Below, piece by piece: positions 42,238-52,979 of a stretch of DNA of 64,000 bases. A program made the position numbers and the translations under genes. The number at the start of each line of letters is the position of its first letter. Positions within the stretch are counted from its first letter, which is position 1. A model generated the notes under the pieces. It saw nothing but the letters and a program-made list of their open reading frames with translations. It did not search any database and was not told the origin of the DNA. Source of the DNA: Gammaproteobacteria bacterium (lineage in GTDB: Bacteria; Pseudomonadota; Gammaproteobacteria; JBCCGL01); assembly GCA_965277715.1 (NCBI GenBank), contig OZ255836.1:3552001-3616000 (forward strand). The letters run 5' to 3'.

Positions 42238-43305
42238 ATGATTCTTGTTACGGGTGGGAGTGGTTTTATTGGCTCTAATTTTATACTAGACTGGTTAGCG
42301 TCAACTGAAACAGGCGGTGAGTCCATTATTAATCTGGATAAGCTTACCTATGCGGGTAACCTTGAAAACCTGGCTGAGGTGGAAGAGGATAAACGGTACA
42401 TTTTTATTCAGGGAGATATTAGCGACAGAGTCCTGATAGATCGATTGTTAGTGGAATACTGCCCTCGTGCAGTGTTAAATTTTGCGGCAGAAAGCCATGT
42501 TGATCGCTCTATCAATGGCCCTGGTGATTTTATTCAAACCAATATTGTCGGTACATTTTGTTTGCTTGAAGCGGTACGCTGTTACTGGCAAAATCTGTCG
42601 AGTGAGCATAAAAACGCTTTTCGGTTTTTACAGGTTTCTACTGATGAGGTTTATGGTAGTTTGGATTGCGCAGCACCTGCCTTTACAGAGTACCATCAAT
42701 ACCAACCCAATAGCCCTTACTCAGCCAGTAAAGCGGCAAGTGATCACTTGGTACGGGCGTGGAATCATACTTATAATTTGCCTGTGTTGACTACTCACTG
42801 TAGTAATAATTATGGTCCATATCAATTTCCAGAAAAACTTATTCCTCTGGTGATTAAAAATGCTTTGGCGGGCGATGTTTTACCTATTTATGGCGATGGT
42901 TTGCAGGTTCGCGATTGGCTCTATGTCCAAGATCACTGTCGCGCTATTCAATGGGTATTGCGGGAAGGAAGGCTGGGTAATACTTATAACATAGGCGGCT
43001 GTAATGAGAAAACTAACGTCGAAATTGTACATGCCATTTGTGAACTACTCGATGAGTTTCACCCCAAGCCTGGTGAAACAAGTTATGCTCAACAAATACG
43101 CTTTGTTAAGGATCGTCCAGGACATGATCGGCGTTATGCTATCGATGCGCGAAAAATTGAAAAAGAAATAGGCTGGAAGCCTATTGAAACGTTCGAGAGT
43201 GGTATAAGAAAGACTGTGCGATGGTATTTGAAAAACCAGGAGTGGATTGTCCATATAGAGAATGGTGAATATCGTAGTAAGCCGAAGCTATCAAATGACA
43301 GATAA
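42238..43305 (+). CDS. rmlB: dTDP-glucose 4,6-dehydratase
   Basis: [46 protein letters not shown]. Confidence 0.96.
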   Translation: MILVTGGSGFIGSNFILDWLASTETGGESIINLDKLTYAGNLENLAEVEEDKRYIFIQGDISDRVLIDRLLVEYCPRAVLNFAAESHVDRSINGPGDFIQTNIVGTFCLLEAVRCYWQNLSSEHKNAFRFLQVSTDEVYGSLDCAAPAFTEYHQYQPNSPYSASKAASDHLVRAWNHTYNLPVLTTHCSNNYGPYQFPEKLIPLVIKNALAGDVLPIYGDGLQVRDWLYVQDHCRAIQWVLREGRLGNTYNIGGCNEKTNVEIVHAICELLDEFHPKPGETSYAQQIRFVKDRPGHDRRYAIDARKIEKEIGWKPIETFESGIRKTVRWYLKNQEWIVHIENGEYRSKPKLSNDR

Positions 43306-44215
43306 GGCGATCTTATTGTTTGGCGTAAATGGGCAACTTGGTTTTGATCTCCAGAAGGTTTTGACTTCAGTGGGCAATGTGATTGGGGTTGATCGCAAGC
43401 AGATTGACCTTTCCCAGCCGGAATCTATACGCAGCATTGTTCGCTCTTATCGACCAGCAGTTATCGTCAATGCTGCAGCTTATACTGCTGTGGATAAAGC
43501 AGAGAGCGATGTGGATATGGCCTATGCTGTAAATGCTTTAGCGCCCGAAGTGTTGGCTGAAGAGGCGCAAGCTTGTGGTGCGATTATGCTGCATTACTCC
43601 ACTGACTATGTATTTGATGGGCAGAAGGCTGGTTATTACACTGAATCTGATACACCAAACCCCCAATCTATCTATGGTCGTAGCAAGCTACTCGGTGAAC
43701 AGGCAGTAGGGCGTGTTTGTGAACGCCATTTTATATTCAGAACAAGCTGGGTTGTTGGGCAACAGGGTGGCAATTTTCTCAAGACGATACTACGTCTAGC
43801 TACTGAACGTGAAAAACTACGTATAGTGGCAGATCAACTAGGTGTTCCGACTACATCAGAGTTGATTGCCGAGGTGAGTGCTCAGGTACTGTGCGTCATG
43901 CGTAATATTGCACCGGATGATAAACGTTGGGGGCTTTATCATTTAGTCGCTGGGGGTGAAACAAATTGGCATGCTTATGCTCAATATATCATCACACTAC
44001 TACAAAGATATGGACACACACTGAAAATTACCCCCGAGGATGTTGAGCCTATTACTACGGCTGAATATCCGCTACCGGCTGTGCGGCCTGCTAATTCGCG
44101 CTTGGATACTATTAAATTGCGTTCAGTTTTTTCTTGTGAGTTGCCTGACTGGAAAGTAGGCGTGAATAATGTGTTGTTGCAGCTCATTAGCCAACAACAA
44201 GCAGCAGTAGGTTAA
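43295..44215 (+). CDS. rmlD: dTDP-4-dehydrorhamnose reductase
   Basis: [33 protein letters not shown]. Confidence 0.95.
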   Translation: MTDKAILLFGVNGQLGFDLQKVLTSVGNVIGVDRKQIDLSQPESIRSIVRSYRPAVIVNAAAYTAVDKAESDVDMAYAVNALAPEVLAEEAQACGAIMLHYSTDYVFDGQKAGYYTESDTPNPQSIYGRSKLLGEQAVGRVCERHFIFRTSWVVGQQGGNFLKTILRLATEREKLRIVADQLGVPTTSELIAEVSAQVLCVMRNIAPDDKRWGLYHLVAGGETNWHAYAQYIITLLQRYGHTLKITPEDVEPITTAEYPLPAVRPANSRLDTIKLRSVFSCELPDWKVGVNNVLLQLISQQQAAVG

Positions 44216-44217
44216 TA

Positions 44218-45120
44218 ATGATTAAGCAAAAATCCACTATGCTTTCCCGCAAAGGGATTATTCTTGCTGGTGGCTCAGGTACTCGACTTTATCCTGTTAC
44301 ACAGGTGCTTTCTAAGCAGTTGATGCCTGTGTACGATAAACCTATGATTTATTACCCATTAAGTACTTTGATGTTAGCGGGTATTCGTGATGTTTTAGTT
44401 ATCTCGACACCACAGGATACACCTCATTTTACTGCGTTGTTAGGTGATGGTAGTCAGTGGGGTATGAGTATTCAGTATGCTGTGCAGCCCACACCAGAGG
44501 GTTTGGCTCAAGCTTTTATCATTGGCAGGGAGTTTGTAGGCAAGCATCCCAGCGCGTTGGTATTGGGTGACAATATTTTTTACGGGCATGATCTTGTGAG
44601 GCAATTAAACAATGCAGGCGCTCGCTCACATGGCGCTAGTATCTTTGCTTACCATGTACAAGATCCTGAGCGCTATGGCGTAGTCACATTTGATGTCGAT
44701 CAACGGGCGATTAGCATTGAAGAGAAACCTGAACGACCGCAAAGTAATTATGCGGCAACAGGGCTTTATTTCTATGACGAGCAGGTTTGTGATATTGCTG
44801 CGGATGTTAAGCCTTCTAAGCGTGGTGAATTGGAAATTACTGATGTTAATAAATATTACCTGGAGGAACACCTGCTTAACGTAGAAATTATGGGGCGAGG
44901 TTACGCCTGGCTGGATACGGGAACCCATGACAGCTTACTTGAAGCCGCCAGTTTTATTTCGACTTTGCAAAAGCGGCAGGGCTTGAGAGTGGCATGCCCT
45001 GAAGAAATTGCTTTTTCCCAAAACTGGATAGATGCAGATAAAATGCAAGAGCTGGCAGTACCTCTTGCCAAAAATAGCTATGGTCAGTATTTACTCGGTC
45101 TGCTGAAGGGAGTGAAATAA
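44218..45120 (+). CDS. rmlA: Glucose-1-phosphate thymidylyltransferase
   Basis: [39 protein letters not shown]. Confidence 0.97.
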   Translation: MIKQKSTMLSRKGIILAGGSGTRLYPVTQVLSKQLMPVYDKPMIYYPLSTLMLAGIRDVLVISTPQDTPHFTALLGDGSQWGMSIQYAVQPTPEGLAQAFIIGREFVGKHPSALVLGDNIFYGHDLVRQLNNAGARSHGASIFAYHVQDPERYGVVTFDVDQRAISIEEKPERPQSNYAATGLYFYDEQVCDIAADVKPSKRGELEITDVNKYYLEEHLLNVEIMGRGYAWLDTGTHDSLLEAASFISTLQKRQGLRVACPEEIAFSQNWIDADKMQELAVPLAKNSYGQYLLGLLKGVK

Positions 45121-45121
45121 A

Positions 45122-45673
45122 ATGCCTTATAATGTAACAGCGACTGCATTGCGTGAAGTATTAATTCTTGAGCCAAAAGTTTTTGGTGATGAACGAGGGT
45201 TTTTCTTTGAAAGCTTCAATCAGTGTGATTTTGAACAGGCAGTTGGTCTGGATATAACATTCGTGCAGGATAATCATAGTCGTTCCACATATGGAGTGTT
45301 ACGTGGTTTGCACTACCAGATTCAACATCCTCAAGGCAAATTAGTGCGTGTTACTCAAGGCGAAGTCTTTGATGTGGTTGTCGATTTACGAAAATCCTCG
45401 CCAGACTTTGGTCGGTGGACTGGTGTTGTAATATCGGCTGATAATAAAAGACAACTGTGGGTGCCGGCAGGGTTTGCACATGGTTTTATTGTCACTAGCG
45501 ATACAGCAGAATTTCTCTATAAAACTACAGACTATTGGTATCCCGAGTACGAACGGAGTTTGCTCTGGAATGATCCGGATGTTGGCGTGCAGTGGCCGGT
45601 TGATGGTGAGCCTACGCTTGCTACTAAGGATGCTGCGGGTAAATATCTAGCTGAGGCTGATACATTTGGGTAA
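45122..45673 (+). CDS. rmlC: dTDP-4-dehydrorhamnose 3,5-epimerase
   Basis: FGDERGFF, FVQDNHS, LRGLHYQ, GFAHGF. Confidence 0.96.
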   Translation: MPYNVTATALREVLILEPKVFGDERGFFFESFNQCDFEQAVGLDITFVQDNHSRSTYGVLRGLHYQIQHPQGKLVRVTQGEVFDVVVDLRKSSPDFGRWTGVVISADNKRQLWVPAGFAHGFIVTSDTAEFLYKTTDYWYPEYERSLLWNDPDVGVQWPVDGEPTLATKDAAGKYLAEADTFG

Positions 45674-45771
45674 CTTGCACCGCAGAGGGCATTCAACCTT
45701 TTAGCGTGTTACATATTGATTTTGCTATAAAAGGTTCGCCAGATTTTTTGTCAATCCACTGAGTGGAAATG

Positions 45772-46752
45772 TTAAGAGATAGATTGGTAGTAAACATTCT
45801 GTGGATGATCCGCTTCAATGAAAAAATACCATCGCTCGACCAGTAGCCCTACATACTGGACGATATAAACTATCATAAAAAGCCAGAAAAATGATTGCTT
45901 AAGAGAAAGTACCAATAATATTACTGGAAAAACAAATACAGTAATTAAAAAAAACCGGCGTGCCAGTTTAATAATAGTGGTTGAATAAGTGTGAATAAAT
46001 GTACGGGTATTGAAACTTCCCCCCATTGCACCCTGGGCCATTTGGCGAATGGTGGGGTGATGGATGCCGGTTGCCGATTGTAGGGTAGTTGTGTGGCGTA
46101 GATTCTTATTGCGGATGAGTGTCGCCCACCGGGAAATGCCAGCCAGCAGTGTAAAGAGGATAGCAGATCCTGTATAAAACCCAGTGTATTGACTAGAGAG
46201 AAATGCAGCGACAACGCAGGCCAATGTACAGCCAGAGGCGCTGCCCAGCAAAAAGAAATTACACACCGTTAATGGGCTATGCCACTGGCGCAGGAATTTC
46301 AGACAGGCGTAGATCATTGAGGTGCACACGAATAATCCAATGATTGCGATAGCGGTAAATCCACCAATGAGTGTGTGCAGCGGAACATCAACACCATTGC
46401 TGAGTGTTATTGCAACGGCTTTTGGGTCGGCATAGATTACTGCTGTGTAAATGAGTATTGATCCCATCACAATGGGGAGGGCGATCACCTCGCGTGATAG
46501 CCAGGAGGTGCGCCACATGGCGGCGGCCCGCCAGGCGCGCTCAGGATGCCCGAGGTGGAAGAATGAGGCCATTAATCCAGCCGCTAATAATGAAAAGCTG
46601 AGCACACCGCCCGTCGTAAACTCGGCGGTGTTATCTGTCGTGGGTAGCAGGGTGAGCAGTGCGAGTACATGGGCGCTGAATTGTGCCAGAAAAAGGCCCT
46701 GGCCAGCACCAATCAAGGTGGTGAGAAGGATAACGGAGAGTGCAGGTTTCAT
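45772..46752 (-). CDS. soeC: Sulfite dehydrogenase membrane anchor (DmsC-like)
   Basis: MKPALSVI..TTLIGAGQGL, FFHLGHPERAWRA..MWRTSWLSRE, ERWYFF. Confidence 0.85.
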   Translation of the reverse strand: MKPALSVILLTTLIGAGQGLFLAQFSAHVLALLTLLPTTDNTAEFTTGGVLSFSLLAAGLMASFFHLGHPERAWRAAAMWRTSWLSREVIALPIVMGSILIYTAVIYADPKAVAITLSNGVDVPLHTLIGGFTAIAIIGLFVCTSMIYACLKFLRQWHSPLTVCNFFLLGSASGCTLACVVAAFLSSQYTGFYTGSAILFTLLAGISRWATLIRNKNLRHTTTLQSATGIHHPTIRQMAQGAMGGSFNTRTFIHTYSTTIIKLARRFFLITVFVFPVILLVLSLKQSFFWLFMIVYIVQYVGLLVERWYFFIEADHPQNVYYQSIS

Positions 46753-46756
46753 AGCC

Positions 46757-47488
46757 TTACCAACTGGTGGAATCGTCGAGTGTGGTCTTTTTACTCGGGT
46801 TGCGTTTGAGCTTATCTTCTTTTTTTAGTGGGTTGTTGGATCGCACCAACTCGTCTTCGTGGATATGCATATGGGTTTTACGGCGCGGTAGGTAGTGGTT
46901 GGCTGGAGTTGTGCCCCACTCTGGCATAAGTGGGTAACCACCGGCCTCACTGATCGCCTGTGATGCCTCGGAGTTAGGGTCGTGGATATCGCCATAAATA
47001 CGCGCACTGGTAGGGCAGGACAACACACACACTGGCTTGCGCTCGCTTTCTGGCAGTGTTTCGTCATATAGCCGATCGACACATAACGTACATTTCATCA
47101 TGACTTTTTGTTTTTCGTCGAGTTCGCGTGCACCGTAAGGGCAGGCCCAGGAACAGTACTCGCAACCGATGCATTTGTCATAATCGACCAGTACGATGCC
47201 GTCTTCCGGGCGTTTGTAGCTGGCGCCGGTTGGGCATACGGGTACACACGGTGGGTCTTCGCAGTGCAAGCAGGATTTAGGAAAGTGAACTGTCTGGGTA
47301 TCGGGAAATGTGCCCACTTCAAAGGTTTGCACGCGGTTGAAAAATGTGCCGCTCGGTTCGGCTGTGTAGGCATTTTTGTCAAACATTGGCCCCGCTTCAC
47401 CCGAGGTGTTCCACTCTTTACAGCTGGTGACACAGGCGTGGCAGCCAACACAGGTATTTAAATCGATAACAAGTGCGAGTTGAGTCAT
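46757..47488 (-). CDS. soeB: Sulfite dehydrogenase 4Fe-4S subunit
   Basis: CVGCHACVTSCKEWN, CLHCEDPPCVPVCPTG, CIGCEYCSWACPYG. Confidence 0.88.
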   Translation of the reverse strand: MTQLALVIDLNTCVGCHACVTSCKEWNTSGEAGPMFDKNAYTAEPSGTFFNRVQTFEVGTFPDTQTVHFPKSCLHCEDPPCVPVCPTGASYKRPEDGIVLVDYDKCIGCEYCSWACPYGARELDEKQKVMMKCTLCVDRLYDETLPESERKPVCVLSCPTSARIYGDIHDPNSEASQAISEAGGYPLMPEWGTTPANHYLPRRKTHMHIHEDELVRSNNPLKKEDKLKRNPSKKTTLDDSTSW

Positions 47489-50367
47489 GAGTTAATCAGC
47501 CCTTTCGCGAATGCCTGCCATTTTGGATACCGGGGTTGCATACCGGGCACCGTTGGCATGTGGTTGAATTGAGGGAATGTCTGTTTTGGTTCATCGGCTG
47601 CCGCTTTATAAACGCGCACGCGCACATCGTACCAGGCCGCCTGTCCGGTGATAGGGTCAGAGTTGGAGATGGTGCTTTCACTTGAGCCAGAAGGGAGTTC
47701 TTCACTGATTAAGTGATTGAGCAGAAAGCCTTTGTTTGATTCATTGGCGCTTTTGTCCAGTGCCCAGCTACCCGAGGCTTTGCCAATGGCGTTCCAGGTC
47801 CAGACTGTGCCCGGTTCTACGGCCTCTGAGAAACGGCACATGCAGCGTACTTTGCCGTGTGCCGATTCGACCCATATCCAATCACCGTCGGCAAAACCCT
47901 GGGCTGCGCCAACTCTGGGGTTGACGAACAAATAGTTGTGCGCGTGGATTTGCCGCAGCCAGGCATTTTGTGAATCCCAGGAGTGGTACATTGCCATCGG
48001 TCGCTGGGTGATCGCGTTGAGTGGGTATTTTTCTGTATCGATACACTGTGTCTCCAGTGGTTGTGAATAAAACGGCAGTGGATCGAAGTGCGTACTGACG
48101 CGTTCACGAAGGTGGTCTGGCGGTTGTCGGCCAGCCCGTTTACCCTGAGCGGCGAGGCGAAATTTTTGCAATACTTCAGAATAGATATGCAGGTTGACCG
48201 GGTCGGTATAGCGGATCAAACCATGGTCCTGTGCCCAGTGCAGGTAGCCACGGTTCCAGTTGCGCATGTATTGAAATGATTTCGGCAGGGTGTACTGGTA
48301 TACGCAGTTGTTTTTTGCGTACATTTCCCATTGTTGTGGGTTGGGTTCGCCGCGCATAAATTTTTCACCGCCTTTGCCACGCCACCCCGCCAGAAAACCG
48401 ATGCCAGAACCTGGCTCGGTCTCATAGTTAATCACTAAATCTTTGTAGTCTTTGAATTTTCGCGAGCCGTCCCCGTTCAGAAAACGGGGCAGCTTCAGGC
48501 GAGTGGCCAGCTCTACAACAACATCCTGAAAGGGTCGGCAATCGCCTTTCGGTGGCACCACCGGCACTCGCACCGAATCGGCGGGGCCTTCAAACTCAGA
48601 GATTGGACGATCCAGCATCGACATGGCGTCATAACGCTCCAGGTAACTGGTATCGGGCAATACAATATCGGCAAAGGCGATTGTTTCCGAGTGGTAGGCA
48701 TCGCATACGATTAGAAACGGGATCTTGTACTCGCCGTCGTCGTTTTTATCCACCAGCATTTCGCGCACACGCGTCGTGTTCATCGATGAGTTCCATGCCA
48801 TGTTGGCCATAAACAGCATCAGTGTATCGATTGGGTAGGGATCACCCCGCCAGGCATTGGTGATGACATTGTGCATTAAGCCGTGTACGGCCAGTGGATA
48901 CTCCCACGAGAAGGCCTTGTCGAGACGCACAGGGCCGCCTCGATCATCGACAAACAAATGCTCTGGATTTGCGGGAAACCCCAGTGGCATACCATCGAGC
49001 GGTGCGCCGGGCTGTACTGCGTCGGGTGAGTTTGGTGGCTTGGCGCAGGGCGGGATAGGCCGTGGAAAAGGGGCTTTGTGGCGAAAGCCGCCAGGGCGGT
49101 CGATGGTGCCCAACAGTGACATCAGGATACCCAGTGCACGGATTGTCTGGAAGCCATTCGAGTGTGCCGCCAGACCGCGCATGGCGTGAAATGAAACCGG
49201 GTTACCCGTAACGGTATCGTGATCCACTCCCCAGGCATCGGTCCACTGGATCGGCAATTCGATTTTTTCGTCGCGTGCTGTAATGCCCATTTCATGGGCG
49301 AGGCGTCTGATAGTACTGGCGGCAATGCCGGTAATACCTTCGGCCCATTCAGGAGTGTATTGTTCGACGCGCTCCTTGAGTAGTTGCAGTGACGTTTTTA
49401 CCGGCTTGCCGTCAACTTCGTATTCGCCCAGCAGACGGGGGTCGGCACCTTTGCTGTGCGTGTGCACCGGTGAATCTGAATTTCTGTCCCAGCAAATTTT
49501 GTTTTCCGGTTCGACGCAGGTTTTTTCCGTGGGTAAATGGTGGCGTAAAAACAGGCCATAATCGTCACTGTCCGGGTCGAGGTTGACTAAATCCGGTGCG
49601 TTGCTGTAATTGATTAAAAACTCCCGGTCGAACAATCCCTGCGCGATGATTTCCCGGATAATCGCCAGTAGTAACGCACCGTCAGTACCGGGTTTTATGG
49701 GTACCCATTCATCGGCGATGGCGGCGTAGCCGGTGCGTACCGGGTTGATTGCGATAAAGCGCCCACCGTTGCGTTTGAACTTTGCCAAAGCAATTTTCAT
49801 CGGATTGGAGTGGTGGTCTTCAGCCGTGCCCAGCATGATAAATAAACGGGATCGTTCCAGATCGGGGCCACCAAATTCCCAAAAAGAACCACCGATGGTG
49901 TAAATCATGCCCGCCGCCATATTCACCGAGCAGAAGCCACCGTGTGCTGCGTAATTGGGTGTGCCAAACTGTTTGGCAAACAAGCCGGTCAATGCCTGCA
50001 TCTGATCGCGGCCCGTGAAAAAGGCAAATTTCTTTGGATCGGTTTCCCGGATAGTATGCAGACGGTCGGCAATTGTGCTGAGCGCCTCTTCCCAGGATAT
50101 TTCCTCAAATTCAGATTGGCCTCGATCACAACCTGGCTTTCGGCGTAATGGTTTGGTCAGCCGGGCGGGTGAGTACTGTTTCATGATGCCAGATGCCCCT
50201 TTGGCGCATAACACACCTTTATTAATTGGGTGGGCCGGGTTACCCTGAATAAACCGTATTTCACCGTCTTCCACCGTGACATTGATGCCACAGCGACAGG
50301 CACACATATAGCACGTGGTCGATTTGACTTCGCGCTTTATAGCGGGTGTAGGGTTTGGCTTGTTCAT
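47485..50367 (-). CDS. soeA: Cytoplasmic molybdopterin sulfite dehydrogenase catalytic subunit
   Basis: TTCYMCACRCG, AAHGGFCSVNMAAG, HAMRGLAAHSNGFQT; no Tat signal; ABC operon order. Confidence 0.87.
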   Translation of the reverse strand: MNKPNPTPAIKREVKSTTCYMCACRCGINVTVEDGEIRFIQGNPAHPINKGVLCAKGASGIMKQYSPARLTKPLRRKPGCDRGQSEFEEISWEEALSTIADRLHTIRETDPKKFAFFTGRDQMQALTGLFAKQFGTPNYAAHGGFCSVNMAAGMIYTIGGSFWEFGGPDLERSRLFIMLGTAEDHHSNPMKIALAKFKRNGGRFIAINPVRTGYAAIADEWVPIKPGTDGALLLAIIREIIAQGLFDREFLINYSNAPDLVNLDPDSDDYGLFLRHHLPTEKTCVEPENKICWDRNSDSPVHTHSKGADPRLLGEYEVDGKPVKTSLQLLKERVEQYTPEWAEGITGIAASTIRRLAHEMGITARDEKIELPIQWTDAWGVDHDTVTGNPVSFHAMRGLAAHSNGFQTIRALGILMSLLGTIDRPGGFRHKAPFPRPIPPCAKPPNSPDAVQPGAPLDGMPLGFPANPEHLFVDDRGGPVRLDKAFSWEYPLAVHGLMHNVITNAWRGDPYPIDTLMLFMANMAWNSSMNTTRVREMLVDKNDDGEYKIPFLIVCDAYHSETIAFADIVLPDTSYLERYDAMSMLDRPISEFEGPADSVRVPVVPPKGDCRPFQDVVVELATRLKLPRFLNGDGSRKFKDYKDLVINYETEPGSGIGFLAGWRGKGGEKFMRGEPNPQQWEMYAKNNCVYQYTLPKSFQYMRNWNRGYLHWAQDHGLIRYTDPVNLHIYSEVLQKFRLAAQGKRAGRQPPDHLRERVSTHFDPLPFYSQPLETQCIDTEKYPLNAITQRPMAMYHSWDSQNAWLRQIHAHNYLFVNPRVGAAQGFADGDWIWVESAHGKVRCMCRFSEAVEPGTVWTWNAIGKASGSWALDKSANESNKGFLLNHLISEELPSGSSESTISNSDPITGQAAWYDVRVRVYKAAADEPKQTFPQFNHMPTVPGMQPRYPKWQAFAKGLINS

Positions 50368-50410
50368 TCAGTTTTAACTCATGCAGCTTTGGGAGAGCAG
50401 GCAGATAAAT

Positions 50411-50473
50411 TCTGGGGTAGTGTACTTATAGAATCAAAACAGTGTTTTTGATCTATCTATAAATAAAATAAAT
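50411..50473 (+). repeat. 63-bp imperfect direct repeat, copy A
   Basis: 53/63 ungapped identity to 52076-52138; identical core GGGTAGTGTACTTATAGA. Confidence 0.85.
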
Positions 50474-50704
50474 AGCTAATAATTTTTGTTTATGAATGGT
50501 GGATGATCTCAAAGGGTTTTTGCGGGATTATCGTGAAAGAGTCTTTACATGCATCGGGGCGCCAAATTTATATGGCGCCTGTTTCTGTAATCTCTATATT
50601 GTGTATATATGCACATGGCGCAGATGTCATGTATGCGCTACACAGAGCTTGTAGCCAAAAAATAATAATTTTCATTTCACTATAATGGCCAAAGAGGATG
50701 AAAT

Positions 50705-52066
50705 ATGTCTGCTAACGATGCACTCGGTACCCCCGAGCAATTGAGAGATCCGAACTACACGCCGCCCCTGGGGTCGGCCATCCCGCTGGGTATTCAGCAT
50801 GTGCTGGCGATGTTTGTCAGCAACGTGACACCCGCGATCATCATTGCCGGTGCGGCCGGCTTTGGTTTTGGTTCTGGTTCACCGGACTTCCCGAATCTGA
50901 TCTACATGATCCAGATGTCAATGTTTTTTGCCGGGGTTGCCACCTTGTTTCAGACTATAGGTTTCGGCCCGGTGGGTTCTCGCTTGCCTATCGTTCAAGG
51001 TACTAGCTTTGCCTTTATCCCGATCATAATTCCGCTGGTTGCCGGTAAAGGTGTCGATGCGATGGGAATTGTGATGTGCGGTGTGCTGGTTGGGGGCATT
51101 TTTCACACTTGTCTGGCACCTTTCGTCGGGAAAATCCGTTTCGCTTTGCCGCCATTGGTTACAGGGCTGGTGGTTACGATGATTGGTTTATCGTTAGTCA
51201 AGGTGGGCATCCAGTATGCGGCTGGAGGCGTTCCGGCAATTGGCACGCCTGAGTATGGTAGCCTTCAGAACTGGTCGGTTGCATTGATCGTTATCGTTAC
51301 CACGCTGGGATTGAAGTTCTTCACACGCGGACTGCTTTCGTTGGCTGCGGTATTACTCGGTCTGGTGGTGGGTTACATCGTTGCTTTTTTCATGGGCATG
51401 GTGAGCTTTGCGAGTATCGGTAAGGCAGCGATCATCGAATTTCCGAATCCACTCAACTTTGGTTTGGAGTTCAGCTTTGCTGCGGTGCTCGGATTTTGCC
51501 TGATGGCGTTTATTTCGGCGATTGAAACCATCGGCGATGTATCTGGAATTACCAAAGGTGGTGCGGGTCGAGAAGCCACCGATACTGAAATTAAAGGGGC
51601 TACATTTGCTGATGGAATAGGCACAGCTATTTCAGGTCTATTTGGTGCACTGCCGAATACGTCGTTCTCACAAAATGTTGGGTTGATTGCAATGACTGGC
51701 GTGATGAGTCGTCACGTTGTTACGATCGGCGCTATCTTTCTCATTGTGGCGGGCCTGATACCTAAAGTTGGAGCTAGTATCTCGACGATTCCCATCGAAG
51801 TGCTCGGTGGTGGTGTGATCGTGATGTTTGGTATGGTTGCGTCGGCGGGTGTGTCAATGTTGTCTGATGTCAACTGGACTCGCCGAAACATGGTGATTTT
51901 TGCGGTATCTTTGTCGATAGGACTGGGTTTGCAGCTCGAACCCGGTGCACTTCAATACGTGCCTTCCACACTCAATGTCCTGTTGACATCAGGGCTGTTA
52001 CCTGCGGCCTTTATTGCCATTGCTTTGAACCTTGTTTTACCTGATGAGGTAGAACGTGTTAGCTAA
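50705..52066 (+). CDS. NCS2/NAT-family purine (xanthine/uric acid) permease
   Basis: LGIQHVLAMF, NAT signature TSFSQNVGLIAMTGVMSR. Confidence 0.9.
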   Translation: MSANDALGTPEQLRDPNYTPPLGSAIPLGIQHVLAMFVSNVTPAIIIAGAAGFGFGSGSPDFPNLIYMIQMSMFFAGVATLFQTIGFGPVGSRLPIVQGTSFAFIPIIIPLVAGKGVDAMGIVMCGVLVGGIFHTCLAPFVGKIRFALPPLVTGLVVTMIGLSLVKVGIQYAAGGVPAIGTPEYGSLQNWSVALIVIVTTLGLKFFTRGLLSLAAVLLGLVVGYIVAFFMGMVSFASIGKAAIIEFPNPLNFGLEFSFAAVLGFCLMAFISAIETIGDVSGITKGGAGREATDTEIKGATFADGIGTAISGLFGALPNTSFSQNVGLIAMTGVMSRHVVTIGAIFLIVAGLIPKVGASISTIPIEVLGGGVIVMFGMVASAGVSMLSDVNWTRRNMVIFAVSLSIGLGLQLEPGALQYVPSTLNVLLTSGLLPAAFIAIALNLVLPDEVERVS

Positions 52067-52075
52067 TGCATTATG

Positions 52076-52138
52076 TCTAGGGTAGTGTACTTATAGAGCT
52101 GAAACAGTATTTTTGATCTGTGTATAAATGAACTAAAT
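52076..52138 (+). repeat. 63-bp imperfect direct repeat, copy B
   Basis: Begins 10 bp after the permease stop; matches 50411-50473. Confidence 0.85.
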
Positions 52139-52302
52139 GATAGGTAAAATCTATTAATTTATACTTCATGGGCTGGCAAGGCTGTATGCTATCTGTATGT
52201 TACATAGCCGCTTAGTAATCCTGATCGACAAAAGTTACAAGCTGTGAATTATCTACAAATACTCCGCGCCTGCGGTAGTTAACAACTTAATAAAAAGGAA
52301 AC

Positions 52303-52979
52303 ATAATAAAATATACTTTTTTATTCTTATCGCACTGCTCACGGGTTGCATGACAAACGCTGGGGAATCTGAGTGGACTAAGATTGAAGATCGCGAGAGC
52401 TCACACTTAAACCTGGCAGGTACAACACTGACAAAGACCAGTGTTCGTCGCTCGGATGATAGATCCACGCGTGCAGAGACGGCTCGTTGGGAATCGGGAG
52501 ATGGTATCAGTGCGTTTCTCTATTACAGCTATATTGTTAGTGGATATGTTTATGTAAAACAGTCACAGCAAAATCTTGAAGAAATCATACGGGATTGGTT
52601 TGGTGGTGCTGCGGTGGTACTTGGCTACGGTGGGCAATTGATGCCAGAGTTGCCATTGCTTGAGTACCAGACGTTTGCACATAGAAAAACTCCTTGTGCA
52701 TTATTTCGACAATTCTGGGGAGGTGACCGGGGTGTTGACATAGTGCGAATTGGCGCTCAGCAGGTGCTTGTGATTAATGCGGGAGTACTGGGTGATAATC
52801 AATTGATTGGCTACACCTGTGATATCCATAAACAGGATTATTCGCGTGAGGACGTACAGGCATTTACCATCAATAAACCAAATTCGGCATTGTTGGCCGA
52901 TTCTGGTACAGCAATGCGAATGCGGTGCCCAGAACCAGGGGCCAGTAGCATTTTTTCGCCTCGCATATTTTCCATATGA
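52303..52979 (+). pseudogene. Hypothetical lipoprotein lacking its start codon; 3' end overlaps trhP antisense
   Basis: In-frame NKIYFFILIALLTGC (lipobox) precedes ATG 52350; AAGGAAAC-AT-AATAAA would read ATG AAT AAA with one extra G. Confidence 0.5.

Noticed and set aside
50570-50590. ATATGG...GTTTCT resembling a guanine/adenine riboswitch
   Set aside because: No UAUAA junction, no CUAC and no CCGUAAA loop 3; not a canonical purine riboswitch.
52271-52282. ops-like TGCGGTAGTTAA
   Set aside because: Missing the terminal TG and lies outside the glycan operon.
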